Of a DNA stretch of 64,000 nucleotides, positions 34,601 through 43,854 are shown in pieces. This DNA comes from a virus (lineage: Duplodnaviria; Caudoviricetes), in IMG/VR virus record IMGVR_UViG_3300010351_000784, positions 30,475 through 94,474 of that record; one strand, 5' to 3'. Under the pieces are notes generated by a model. It did no database searches. It worked only from the letters and a program-made list of their open reading frames with translations, and had not been told where the DNA came from. A program made the translations under genes and the position numbers. The number at the start of each line of letters is the position of its first letter. Position 1 is the stretch's first letter.

Positions 34601-37327
34601 AGAGGGCGGCTATGACTATAAGATTAACACAGAACAGATTCCTAAACATCACTGGGAATGCGTGGCATAACGTCAAATAAACCACGAAAAATAAAAAGTT
34701 CCACTAATTGACTTGGAGTTCTTTATAAGTTAGCGTTTCTTATAAAGATAACAGGGCGCAAGCGTAATGGTAGCGTGAACGACTAAATGTGGAACCTCCA
34801 AATTGACTATTTTATTGGAGATGCGATAGTCTGAACTCACTTATATATTGAAGAGTGAGAGAAATGGTCAAGAGTAAAGACTCTTTAAAGAAGAACCATT
34901 TCCGCCAAATATATAAAGGAGTTGAAATGAAATGGATATATTAAATAGTTCAGGCTTTAAAATTGGAGTCGCTAAAATTGATGAAAATTCAATTATCATA
35001 AATAACTATAATAAACCACTTTTAATAATTGAAGAAGCACAAGACCTAATTCAAAAAATTTAGAACAAGGATGAAAGTGGTTTTAAAGAGCTGTTTGATG
35101 ATTATTATCTTTTAATAGGAGAAATTGCTGCACTTTATCATATGACTTATTCTACAACTCGGAAGCATATGATAAAACAAGGTATAAATACAAAATCTAA
35201 AGCGGGACGTAGAAATTCATCTTATGGAAAAACTTTTTCAGATGAACGAAAAGCAAAAATTAGTGCCGCATCAAGAGATAGAAAAATTACTCCTTATGAA
35301 AGAACTCCAGAAATTAAGAATAAAATTTCTGAAAGTTTATTAAAATATTATTCAGAACATGAGGTTAGTGAAGAAACAAGGATAAAGTTATCTCAGGCAT
35401 GGAAAGATGGCAGATATAAAAATGCTAATATGGGGCGTGGATATAATGGTTTCTTTTACTCTATTAAAAATAATAAAAAATTCTTTTTCAGAAGTTTGTT
35501 AGAGCTATGTTATTTGATACAAATAGAAAATAATAGAGATATTTCTTTCTATGATGTTGAACCATTTCAAATTAAACTACCTAATAACCATCATTATACT
35601 CCAGATATATTTTTAAATGGAGAAATTTTAATTGAACTAAAACCTAAAAAGCATTTATTATATGAAGATGAAGAAAGATTTAATTTAGAAGCGTCTTCTG
35701 CAGAAGAATACTGTAAAAAACATAATTTAACTTTTAAAGTTATTTATGATGAAGATTTAGGTTTTAGAAGTGATAAATTTAAAAGATGGTTATTAAATAA
35801 TAAAGAAGATTTAAGTAAATATCAAATTACTTTTTCTTCTAAAAATATTTGGTCATAAAAGTAACAGATTGGGTGAAAACGCCGCGGCTAAGTTGATGAA
35901 GAAAGACCAGTTCTTCTATCCAGATGCAAATATTTATGATTTGCCGCTTTATGGTAATCAGTTCATGCCTCTTGGTATTAAGTCAACTTTACAGGAAAGA
36001 GTTCGTGTGCAGGCATTGTTCGATGGTTTCTGCAATGGTGGTTGATGAAGATTGAGCCACCTTAATAATAAATTGTGTGAACCTTGTCTAGGGGTGTCCC
36101 AAAAGTGGGGCTAACGGTGGATGGAGACTAATACCGTGCCAAGTCTTTTAAAAAAAGAAAGGTGTAACGACTATGGGTGATGAATGTAGCCCAGTAGAAA
36201 TGGAGATAGACACCATTTCCAAGCGCACAACTTACAGTGGAGGGATTGCCCACCAAGTAAGAAGAGATAGTCTAAAGGAGGAATATTAATGAAATGTAAT
36301 CAGTGTGGGAAGGATATCCCATCAACAAATCAACATCCTATTAACTATCATGGTATTCATATGATAGTTTGTGGAAAACATTATTCACAGTATGTAAAGT
36401 ATGGAAAATTTTTAGATGAAAGTCCAAAGACTTGTTTTGATTGTAATGAATATGAAATTACTCCAGAAGGAACTTGGATTTATTGTTTTAATAAAAAAAA
36501 TGAACCTTCAGGTAAGTTTCTTATTGATACAGAAGATTTAGAATTAGTTTTAACAAGAAAATGGAGATTTTGGAAAGGACAGTATTTTACTGGAAATTAT
36601 CAACCAATTCAAATTCATACTTGGTTATTATCTCCACCAGATAATATGGTTATCGACCATATCAATGGAAATCGCGCTGATAATAGAAGAAGTAATTTAA
36701 GAATTGTTCCACAATCAAAAAATTTAATAAATAAAGCAATTTTATCTAATAATAAATCTGGAGTTGCGGGCGTATTTTTTGATAAAGAACGTAAAAAATG
36801 GACTGCGGAAATACGAATGGATGGAATTAAATGCTATCTTGGTAGATATGAAAAAATGGAAGATGCAGTCTATGTACGATATATCGCTGAAAAAATGTTA
36901 TTTAAAGAATTTCGCTCTACTCGAAATGATGATAAAATACTTGAATATGTGAATAATTGTAAAAGAAAAGAAGAGCTTAAAAATTATGTTGAAAAAAGAT
37001 TACAAGAAAAATATTCTATTTAAGTCAATACTTCATGCAAATATTGACGCACCTTTCAAGAACTATGAAACTGCAAAGCAGATGGTTGAGTATATTGCTG
37101 ACCAGGGTGTAACTTACTTTGCCTTCAATACAAAGATTCAGGCTTGTGAAGATAATCATGCCTTCTATGGAACAACTTGTCCTATTTGTGGTAAGCCTAT
37201 TGCTACAGAGTATTGCAGAATAGTCGGCTTCTTAACACCTATTAAGACTTGGACAAAGCCAAGAAAAGCTGAATATAAAATGCGCCGTTGGGAGCCAGCT
37301 AATGATATAGTTGGAAAATTAGTATGA
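28656..37327 (+). CDS. nrdD: Anaerobic (class III) ribonucleotide reductase, 7 exons, 648 aa after splicing
   Basis: Exons 28656-28988, 30265-30456, 31556-31708, 32872-33229, 34207-34643, 35872-36042 and 37025-37327 total 1947 nt. Splicing restores GELYLHD, TSGAVGLPN, RDGQQSAF, GYFNSIGG, IPGENAA and GGSILH; also SNCCRL and the glycyl loop RIVGF. Confidence 0.9.
28989..30264 (+). mobile_element. Group I intron nrdD-I1
   Basis: 5' splice after U, IGS CAACTTGCCC, core GCTAACGAGG / TCTCGTGGGA / CCTGTAACGACTA / ATAGTC, terminal G. Confidence 0.85.
29134..30153 (+). CDS. Intron-encoded GIY-YIG endonuclease with repeated HTH/YP(L/I)R modules
   Basis: DIYVITN...YVGQS...RF..H...REKYWI...GYN.T.GG. 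Confidence 0.85.
   Translation: MKKDIYVITNIITGMQYVGQSSNAQKRFLAHKQAKDGTVFHQVIRNYGPENFFIEVLEEQIENFNEREKYWIKKLNTLYPTGYNMTKGGEGYPHLNGELSYQSKLTNVQVNQIIDLLLNSSLSQEQIGEKFNVTQEIISNINRGKTYFRTNCSYPIRSTKEKEQEASQIISEILNNKNLTLKQIAKNHPNFSYFMIKAINEGKSYRKKDLKYPLAIETGNKLKENDIIAIKSFLEHDDLTIIDIANFFHVNKQAIEKINQGEAHFHPSWDYPLRKHAVYKKNISIEDLNQIKFLLKNSDLSFREIARRMNIKSHSTISNINSGKTKAYFEPNENYPIRK
30457..31555 (+). mobile_element. Group I intron nrdD-I2
   Basis: GGT| 5' site, IGS CTGCGCCC, core motifs, ...ACG|GCAGTC 3' site. Confidence 0.85.
30534..31424 (+). CDS. Intron-encoded GIY-YIG endonuclease
   Basis: DIYIIKN...YIGQA; repeated HTH modules. Confidence 0.85.
   Translation: MNNSYVSPVGIIRKDIYIIKNNINTKVYIGQALDSKKRFQSHCKGDYDNSLIDKTIQKYGKEHFWFEILESQIENYNEREKYWIKYYNSKKPFGYNILDGGNEPPIFYGDEHSNTKISDEDVLKLKIDLATTQISLSQLAKKYNISKRQVLRINQGISRALLNEKYPIRKNSNINGKITEEDVDNIIDILKYTYRFNGDIAREYGVEVHAISKINAGITHHRDNIQYPIRNWKSSGVILFTYEQVSDIIDALLNTKESIQSLAKKYNVDRRAIEGINRGTSKKYFREGLSYPLRKF
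31709..32871 (+). mobile_element. Group I intron nrdD-I3
   Basis: GAT| 5' site, IGS AACTGTCC, core motifs, ...GTG|GGTTAG. Confidence 0.85.
31875..32741 (+). CDS. Intron-encoded GIY-YIG endonuclease
   Basis: YIYIIKN...YIGQS. Confidence 0.85.
   Translation: MEKYIYIIKNNINNKVYIGQSNNPKHRFNQHCRPNNDNSLIDLAIQKYGKEHFTMSILEGPIKNYNEREKYYILKYKSLRPNGYNILEGGNEPPLFKGIEHPEAKFKTNIELEKIVSDLKFTKNSIRDIAKKFNISSSCVNDVNLGNTYYNLNVEYPLRKNPNPTGKLTQEDIEEIIYSLKFSYSSYEDIGKRYGVEGRTISRINSGIYHKQNNISYPIRQYRATKNAGQLTYHQVSEIIELISTTKISLRQIALQYNVAPNIIIGIKNGSTKMYRRDNLIYPLRANN
33230..34206 (+). mobile_element. Group I intron nrdD-I4
   Basis: GGGT| 5' site, IGS AAATGCCC, ...ACG|ATTTT. Confidence 0.85.
33391..34128 (+). CDS. Intron-encoded GIY-YIG endonuclease (TAG=Gln)
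   Basis: ORFs 33391-33759 and 33811-34128 are co-frame; the C-terminus reads into the intron core. Confidence 0.8.
34644..35871 (+). mobile_element. Group I intron nrdD-I5
   Basis: ATTCCT| pairs with IGS GGGAAT; GAACGACTA and GATAGTCT core; ...TTG|GGTGAA. Confidence 0.8.
34932..35858 (+). CDS. Intron-encoded NUMOD3-like plus TnsA-like PD-(D/E)XK endonuclease (TAG=Gln)
   Basis: SEETRIKLS-type repeats; FRSLLE...EPFQI...YTPDIF...IELKP. Confidence 0.7.
36043..37024 (+). mobile_element. Group I intron nrdD-I6
   Basis: GGTGGT| pairs with IGS GCCACC; ATTGA pairs with exon TCAAT; ...TAAG|TCA. Confidence 0.85.
36289..37023 (+). CDS. Intron-encoded HNH-AP2 endonuclease
   Basis: DHINGNRADNRRSNL and SGVAGV...W.AEI...YLGRY. 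Confidence 0.85.
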   Translation: MKCNQCGKDIPSTNQHPINYHGIHMIVCGKHYSQYVKYGKFLDESPKTCFDCNEYEITPEGTWIYCFNKKNEPSGKFLIDTEDLELVLTRKWRFWKGQYFTGNYQPIQIHTWLLSPPDNMVIDHINGNRADNRRSNLRIVPQSKNLINKAILSNNKSGVAGVFFDKERKKWTAEIRMDGIKCYLGRYEKMEDAVYVRYIAEKMLFKEFRSTRNDDKILEYVNNCKRKEELKNYVEKRLQEKYSI

Positions 37328-37331
37328 AAGG

Positions 37332-37853
37332 ATGGAGGCGAGTAAAATAATGGAAATAAAGAACTTAATTGATGAAGATTTTTGTCAATACGGTAAGCCC
37401 TCTATGTTCATTGGTATGCCGCATTGTACTTTTAAATGTGATAAAGAGTGTGGTTGTGAGGTCTGTCAAAATTCAGACCTCGCTCTTGCACCTACTATTG
37501 ATATGGATAAAATGGAAATTGCAACACGTTTCTATGAAAATCCTATCACAAAAGCTGTTGTCTTTGGAGGTCTTGAACCATTTGACGATTTTGAGGATAT
37601 GATTGAACTCATTAAAATAATGGAAGTCTTATACATCACTTGCTTCGATATAAAAGAAATGCCTGATATTGTTATCTATACGGGTTATTATCCTCATGAA
37701 ATCGAAGATTTGTTATTAAGACTCCAAAGAGAAACAACTGAATCAAATATAATTGTTAAGTTTGGACGCTTTATTCCTAATAAACCAAGTCACTTTGATG
37801 AATTGCTTGGAGTTCAATTAAGTAGTGATAATCAATGGAGTGAAAAATTATGA
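37332..37853 (+). CDS. nrdG: Anaerobic RNR activating protein (radical SAM)
   Basis: CTFKC.......CQN, FGGLEPF, IYTGY, KFGRF and SSDNQ motifs; follows nrdD. Confidence 0.85.
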   Translation: MEASKIMEIKNLIDEDFCQYGKPSMFIGMPHCTFKCDKECGCEVCQNSDLALAPTIDMDKMEIATRFYENPITKAVVFGGLEPFDDFEDMIELIKIMEVLYITCFDIKEMPDIVIYTGYYPHEIEDLLLRLQRETTESNIIVKFGRFIPNKPSHFDELLGVQLSSDNQWSEKL

Positions 37854-37897
37854 TTAACAAAGATAAATTATATATAGTTTATGAATGGAGAAAATAA

Positions 37898-38803
37898 ATG
37901 AAAGATTTAATTATAATTGGTAATGGAATGGCAGGAATGACTGCCGCACTATATGCGAAAAGAGCAAATCTCGATTTTACCTTAGTTGGTTTTGACGAGT
38001 ATGAGTATGGACAGATTGCAAATGCTATTCTTGTAGAGAACTATCCTTGTGCCGCCAGTCAGTCTGGTTTTGATTTAGCCGATTCTTTACATGACCAGCT
38101 TTTAGCAAATAACATTTCAATAGAACAGCATACTGTTAAGGAAATAAAAATCGAGTCTGATGGTACTTTCAGAGTTATTACTGAGGATGAATGGGTTGGT
38201 GCCGCCAAGTCAATTATTTATGCGTGTGGCTGTAAGCACAGGGAATTACCCGCAAAAATTGACCAAGGAACTCCAATTCATTATTGTACAATTTGCGATG
38301 GTCCTTTGTACAAAGATAAAAGAGCTGCTGTTATTGGCGGTGGAGACGTAGCTTTTACACAAGCAGAATATCTTTCAAAGATTTGTAAAGATGTTTACAT
38401 TGTAATGTGTGACCAAAATGTTACTGCCGCACCGGCTACTTTTGACAGAGTTTCAAAACTTCACAATGTTCATATCTGGTATGACGCACCAGTTACTTCA
38501 ATTTCTAAAGATAATGAAGGAGTTTGTTGGATATTGTGTAAAGGAGTAAGAGGTCCTCTGTTTGCAGAAGGCGTCTTTGTTGCTATTGGTATGATTCCTA
38601 ATACAGAACCTTTGAGAAATAACTGTTCAGAATTACTTAGTAAACAGGGATATGTAATGGCTACTGCAAATGGAGATACTACAATCCCAGGCTTCTTCAC
38701 CGCAGGAGACGTTCGTTGTAAAATGTTACGTCAAGCTCTTACCGCCGCCTCAGATGGTGCGTGTGCAGTTAATTCTGTGGTAAACTATTTAAAAAATCGC
38801 TAA
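37898..38803 (+). CDS. trxB: Thioredoxin reductase
   Basis: IIGNGMAG, YCTICDG, VIGGGD and FTAGDV motifs. Confidence 0.85.
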   Translation: MKDLIIIGNGMAGMTAALYAKRANLDFTLVGFDEYEYGQIANAILVENYPCAASQSGFDLADSLHDQLLANNISIEQHTVKEIKIESDGTFRVITEDEWVGAAKSIIYACGCKHRELPAKIDQGTPIHYCTICDGPLYKDKRAAVIGGGDVAFTQAEYLSKICKDVYIVMCDQNVTAAPATFDRVSKLHNVHIWYDAPVTSISKDNEGVCWILCKGVRGPLFAEGVFVAIGMIPNTEPLRNNCSELLSKQGYVMATANGDTTIPGFFTAGDVRCKMLRQALTAASDGACAVNSVVNYLKNR

Positions 38804-38819
38804 TTCGTATGGTTTTTAA

Positions 38820-39044
38820 ATGGAGGTGACGCTTATGAACAAATGTGATTCTTGTATATGTAAAACCTGCGCTATCGCTTATTATAACGGTGGCGCTCCT
38901 GGATGTGGAGATTGTTGGCTTTGCGAAGGAACACCAAACCAACGCGGAGTTACGATGTGTAATGAATATTATAATCCAACCCCAAGAAAAAGAAAGCCAA
39001 GCCCATACGATGAAATAAAAAGTGAGGAAGAAAGTCAAGAGTAA
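38820..39044 (+). CDS. Small Cys-rich protein
   Basis: Multiple CxxC motifs; the real start is probably ATG 38835 after GGAGGTGA. Confidence 0.55.
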   Translation: MEVTLMNKCDSCICKTCAIAYYNGGAPGCGDCWLCEGTPNQRGVTMCNEYYNPTPRKRKPSPYDEIKSEEESQE

Positions 39045-39048
39045 CATC

Positions 39049-39077
39049 TTGACTTTTCTTTTATTTTGTGCTATAAT
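39049..39077 (+). promoter_or_regulatory. SigA-type promoter
   Basis: TTGACT-17 nt-TATAAT with TG. Confidence 0.7.
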
Positions 39078-39112
39078 AAAGTATAGAAATAAAGATAAAG
39101 TGAGGTGAAATT

Positions 39113-39484
39113 ATGTTAAAAGACGTATATATTATAAAAAATACGATAAATAATAAAGTTTACATAGGGTAGGCAATAAATACTCAGAAAAGATTTACTT
39201 CTCATAAAAGTCGTTCTAAATTAGATTTAGATAATTCATTAAAACAAAATGATGATAGAAATATTCTTAAAAATAGAAAAAATATTGAAGATATTTTTTA
39301 TTTATTAAAAGAGTCTTCTTGCTCAATGGAATAGATAGGAAAATATTTTAATGTAAGCAGAAAAGTTATAGAACGTATTAATAAAGGGGAAACTTATTAT
39401 TAGAACATTTCTTATTCACTAAGAACTTAGAGAAAACGTTCGGTAGAAACTGTCGAATAGGCTCTTTTAAAAGGAGGAAGATAA
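39113..39484 (+). pseudogene. Internally deleted free-standing GIY-YIG endonuclease (open frame, 5 TAG=Gln)
   Basis: DVYIIKN...YIG(TAG)A...RF.SH, then jumps to an HTH module; the catalytic E / GYN region is missing; its TAA overlaps the gyrB ATG. Confidence 0.7.
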
Positions 39485-41340
39485 TGAATAGTTATGGAAT
39501 TGAAGATATTGAGTCTTTATCTTTTAAAGACGGTGTTAGGGCAAGAATCCCCATGTATTTGGGAACCGACGATACCGAAGGCATTTATCAAGCTTTAAAA
39601 GAAGGAGTAAATAATTCTACTGATGAAGCTTTAATGGGTTTTGGAAACAAAATAATTATTACAGTAAATGAAAAAGAAAATACTGTTTCAATTAAGGATG
39701 AAGGAAGAGGTATTCCATTTGGCATAAGAGAAGATGGCGAAAACGTTCTTGTTTCTATTTTTTCTCGTTCACATACTGGTGGAAAATTTAATAATAAAAA
39801 TTATACTATGGTAAGTGGATTAAATGGAATCGGGATTAAAGCAACTTGTTTGTCTTCTGAATTTTTTGAAGGTATTTCTTATAGAGAAGGAAAACAAGCA
39901 AAAGTTTATTTTAAAAAAGGAAATCTTATTTCATATGAGGAATGCAAATCTGAAAATCCCGATTTACATGGCACATATATCAAATTTAAACCTGACAAAG
40001 AAGTTTTCAAGAATATGACAGAAGGATTTACCTTTGAAAAAATTTGTGAAAATATTAAAATAACTTCTTATTTAACAAGAGGAATTACTTTTGTTGTTTA
40101 TGATGAAATATCAAAAAAGAAAATAGAATACTGTTCTGAAAATGGTATTGCAGATTTTATTAAAGAAAATGTTAATAAGCCTCTTATGAACATGCCAATT
40201 GTTGCCAATGCGAAAGATAATACAGATGAAGTAGAAATTGCATTTATGTGGACAGGCGATCCGACACAAGAATATGTTTTTGTTAATGGGTTAATCTGTG
40301 AACAAGGTGGTTCTCCTGTAACAGGTGCAAAGACTAAGATTACTACAAAGATTAAAAATTTAAGTGGCAAGTCATTTGACCCTGAGCTTATCCGTAAGGG
40401 ATTGGTATTTGCAATTAACTGTAAGGTTGCAAATCCTTCATTTGCAAACCAGACTAAGAGTAAGATTAACAACCCAAATCTTCGTACACTTGCTTCAGAA
40501 GCATTTGAAAAGGGATTAACAGAGTTCTCTGCACTTCCCGAATACGCCGCATTGATTGAGTCTCTTGAAAGGTTCCAGAAGGCTGAAAAGGCTGCTGACG
40601 TTTTAAGAGAGAAAATTCTTAATGCCGCAAAGGAAGTCTCTGAAATGAGAACTAAGAAGGGTATGATTCTCGATAAGGTAAGCGATGCAAAGGTCCTTGG
40701 CGAGAATTCTCGTCTCCTTATCTGTGAGGGTAAATCTGCAAGTGGTTCTGCTAAGAAGGGTAGAGACAAAGACACAATGGGTATCTTCGAAGCTCGTGGT
40801 AAGATTATCAATGGTCTCAGTAGTTCAGAAGATAAGTTCCTTGATAACGGTGAAATTAAGCAACTACAGGCTGCAGTAGGTTTCGACTATGGTAAGTCGC
40901 TTAATATAAAGAAGTTAAGATATGGTTATATCGACTTCTTCGTTGACCCTGATGTTGACGGTCTTCATATCTTCTTGCTTGGTCTTGTTGCCATTTGGAA
41001 GATTTGTCCTGAGTTCGTTAAGCAGGGAAGAGTTGGTTGGTATCATGCTCCTCTCTTCATTGTTGAGAACAAGGGTAAGCAGACCTACTTCTATACTGAT
41101 GAAGATTACAATGAGAGAGGAAGAAAACTCCCCGGTAATGTAAGACGTGTAAAAGGTCTTGGTTTGCTTGAAAAGAAAGAACTTCGTGAAGCAATCTTCG
41201 ATTGTCCTGAAGCACATGAAATTTTTGAGTACACACCTGAAGCTATGGAGGCTCTCGAAGCACTTATGGGTGCAGATGTTGGTCCTAAGAAGGAATTCAT
41301 TTTCGAGAATATCGACTTCAGCAAGTATGGTGAAATGTAA
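39484..41340 (+). CDS. gyrB: Type IIA topoisomerase (gyrase) subunit B
   Basis: MYLG, NSTDE, DEGRGIP, HTGGKF, GLNGIG, EGKSA, DPDVDG and KGLG motifs. Confidence 0.9.
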   Translation: MNSYGIEDIESLSFKDGVRARIPMYLGTDDTEGIYQALKEGVNNSTDEALMGFGNKIIITVNEKENTVSIKDEGRGIPFGIREDGENVLVSIFSRSHTGGKFNNKNYTMVSGLNGIGIKATCLSSEFFEGISYREGKQAKVYFKKGNLISYEECKSENPDLHGTYIKFKPDKEVFKNMTEGFTFEKICENIKITSYLTRGITFVVYDEISKKKIEYCSENGIADFIKENVNKPLMNMPIVANAKDNTDEVEIAFMWTGDPTQEYVFVNGLICEQGGSPVTGAKTKITTKIKNLSGKSFDPELIRKGLVFAINCKVANPSFANQTKSKINNPNLRTLASEAFEKGLTEFSALPEYAALIESLERFQKAEKAADVLREKILNAAKEVSEMRTKKGMILDKVSDAKVLGENSRLLICEGKSASGSAKKGRDKDTMGIFEARGKIINGLSSSEDKFLDNGEIKQLQAAVGFDYGKSLNIKKLRYGYIDFFVDPDVDGLHIFLLGLVAIWKICPEFVKQGRVGWYHAPLFIVENKGKQTYFYTDEDYNERGRKLPGNVRRVKGLGLLEKKELREAIFDCPEAHEIFEYTPEAMEALEALMGADVGPKKEFIFENIDFSKYGEM

Positions 41341-41343
41341 TAT

Positions 41344-41372
41344 TTGACTTTACTTTAAAAATGTGTTATAAT
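41344..41372 (+). promoter_or_regulatory. SigA-type promoter
   Basis: TTGACT-17 nt-TATAAT. Confidence 0.7.
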
Positions 41373-41395
41373 TATAATATAAAAGGAGTGATAAA

Positions 41396-43792
41396 ATGAA
41401 AGTGGATTTAAAGGGCAGAGTTGAACAGAGTTTCAGTACTTATGCCGCAATGGCTATTCAGCATCGCGCCATCTTTGATGTCCGAGACTGTCTTAAGCCA
41501 TCACAGCGTATGGGTATGTATTCACAGGTTCTTGATAAAATTACATATAAGCGCGCTCATAAAAAGACACACCTTAGTATCGTGTCTGCCATGAAACATT
41601 TCTATGTTCATGGCGATGCGGCGATGGCGGGTGTTTTGTGTCGTATGGGTAGTCCTATTAGCATGAGATATCCTATTGAGGATACTATTGGTAATATGGG
41701 TACTTATGCTCACTTGAACGATTTCGCCGCACCTCGTTATACTGAAATGAGATTAGGCGAAATGGGAACAAAAATGGTTAATGGTATCGAAAAAGAGAGC
41801 ATTGATATGTGGTTCGATAACTTCGATAACACAGAACAGTTCCCTGCTGTTTTACCTTCATTGGGCTATTATAATATTGTAAATGGTACAACTGGTATTG
41901 CCGTTGGTATGGCAAGTAGTATTCCTCAGTTCAATTTAAGAGAAGTTAATGAAGCAATGATTAAATTGCTTTGGAATCCTGACATTGATTTTGATGAAAT
42001 CTATTGTGCTCCTGACTTTGCAACCGGTGGTACAATTCTTAATGCTGATGAAGTTAAGGAATCTTTAAGGATTGGTAAGGGTAAGTCTGCGATTATTCGT
42101 GGTACTATTGAGTATGATGATAAGGAGAACACACTTCAGGTAACAGAAGTTCCTTATGGAGTTGCAACTAACCGTATCTATAATCAGCTTGGTGGATTGT
42201 TCAATCCAGACCCTAATGCACCAGTTACAAAGAGAATTCCTGCAACAGCTTGCGCAGGTATTAAGAGATTTACAGATTCCTCTGAGGAAATTGTAGATAT
42301 AACTGTATGGCTTGAAAAAGGAGCAATCCCAGCAAGTGTTATTCGTAATCTTTATAAATATACAGCAATTCAGAGTTTCTTCCCTATCAACATGACTATG
42401 CTTGATAATGGTACTCGTCCAAGAGTATTCGGTTGGAAGGAAGCTCTTCAGGCTCATCTTGACCATGAGATTGTTGTAAGAACAAAGATGCACGAATATG
42501 ATATCAGAAAGATTGATGAAAGACTTCCTATTGTTGAAGCTATCTGTCTTGCATTGGCTAATGTTGATGAAGTAGTAGCTATCATTAAAGGTTCATCAAG
42601 TACCGCCGCAGCAAGGGCTAAGTTAATTGAGCGTTTTGGTTATACTGATGCTCAGGCAAAGGCAGTTATTGATATTAAGCTTGGTCGTTTGGCAACACTT
42701 GAAATCCAGTCATTTAAAGATGAAAAGGAACAGCTTACAAAGGACAGAGAATATCACGTTCTTGCTCTTAGCGATAGAGATACTCTTTACAAGGAAATTG
42801 AAACTGATTTGAAGGAAGTTGCTAAGAAATATGGCGACGAAAGAAGAACCAGACTCATGAACCTTGATTATAAGGGCAGCGATGAAGATACAGAAGTTAT
42901 TGAAAAGAAGGAACTTCTCCTTCACTTCACAACTCTTGGCAATATCTATACTCAGACTTCTTCTACACTTATGACTACACATCGTGGTGGTAAGGGTTCT
43001 AAGATTAAGATGCAGGATAATGAGATTATCGCTAAGACTATCTCAGACGACAACTTGGGTTATCTTCTTCTTTTCTCAAACAGGGGAAAAGTTTATAGAA
43101 GTGCCATTGCAGATTTACCTGTAGATGCAAAGATAAATACAGCACAGCTCTTTGAGTTTGAACCCGGCGAAAGAATTACTGCTATTACTACACTTTCTCG
43201 CCGCGAGACTGCTGAGTATATTCTCTTTGTAACTAAAAATGGTATAGTAAAGAAGACTGCCAAGGAAGAGTATAACTTCAAGAAGGGTAAGTCTCTCAAG
43301 GCTATTAACTTGAAGGATGATGACGAAGTCATTGCTGTCCATACAATAAATAAAGAGCCTATCGGAATCTTGACTTTTAATGGCAATTTTGTTATAATAG
43401 ATACAGAAAAGATAAATGCTATCGGTAGAGTTGCCGCTGGTGTTTGCGGTATCAAACTTAACGAAGGCGATAAAGTTATTGATTCTAAGATTATTAGCGG
43501 TAAGTATCTTATGACAGCTACTGCAAATGGTCTTGTAAAGAAGGCAGAGCTTTCTGAATTTCCAGAGTGTACTCGTGGTACAAAGGGTAAGAAAATCTCA
43601 GGAGTCCGTAAGGACGATAGGGTAGTTAAATTCTTGACTTTGAATAACGATTGCGATATAATAGTTATATCGACAAGAGGTTTAATCAAGATTAACTCTG
43701 CCGAGATAAAGGTTGCTTCAAGAGATGCAACTGGTGTCATGGGAATGAAAATTCCCGAAGGAGCAAAAGTTGTGGATTTAGCGAAAGCTTAA
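41396..43792 (+). CDS. gyrA: Type IIA topoisomerase (gyrase) subunit A with beta-pinwheel CTD
   Basis: HGD, AAPRYTE, GIAVGMA and PDFATG motifs; GyrA-box-like HRGGKG. Confidence 0.9.
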   Translation: MKVDLKGRVEQSFSTYAAMAIQHRAIFDVRDCLKPSQRMGMYSQVLDKITYKRAHKKTHLSIVSAMKHFYVHGDAAMAGVLCRMGSPISMRYPIEDTIGNMGTYAHLNDFAAPRYTEMRLGEMGTKMVNGIEKESIDMWFDNFDNTEQFPAVLPSLGYYNIVNGTTGIAVGMASSIPQFNLREVNEAMIKLLWNPDIDFDEIYCAPDFATGGTILNADEVKESLRIGKGKSAIIRGTIEYDDKENTLQVTEVPYGVATNRIYNQLGGLFNPDPNAPVTKRIPATACAGIKRFTDSSEEIVDITVWLEKGAIPASVIRNLYKYTAIQSFFPINMTMLDNGTRPRVFGWKEALQAHLDHEIVVRTKMHEYDIRKIDERLPIVEAICLALANVDEVVAIIKGSSSTAAARAKLIERFGYTDAQAKAVIDIKLGRLATLEIQSFKDEKEQLTKDREYHVLALSDRDTLYKEIETDLKEVAKKYGDERRTRLMNLDYKGSDEDTEVIEKKELLLHFTTLGNIYTQTSSTLMTTHRGGKGSKIKMQDNEIIAKTISDDNLGYLLLFSNRGKVYRSAIADLPVDAKINTAQLFEFEPGERITAITTLSRRETAEYILFVTKNGIVKKTAKEEYNFKKGKSLKAINLKDDDEVIAVHTINKEPIGILTFNGNFVIIDTEKINAIGRVAAGVCGIKLNEGDKVIDSKIISGKYLMTATANGLVKKAELSEFPECTRGTKGKKISGVRKDDRVVKFLTLNNDCDIIVISTRGLIKINSAEIKVASRDATGVMGMKIPEGAKVVDLAKA

Positions 43793-43854
43793 TCCTTGAC
43801 TTTTCTTCAAAAATGTGATATACTTAATATAGAAAGTTAAGGGAGGAGATACCA

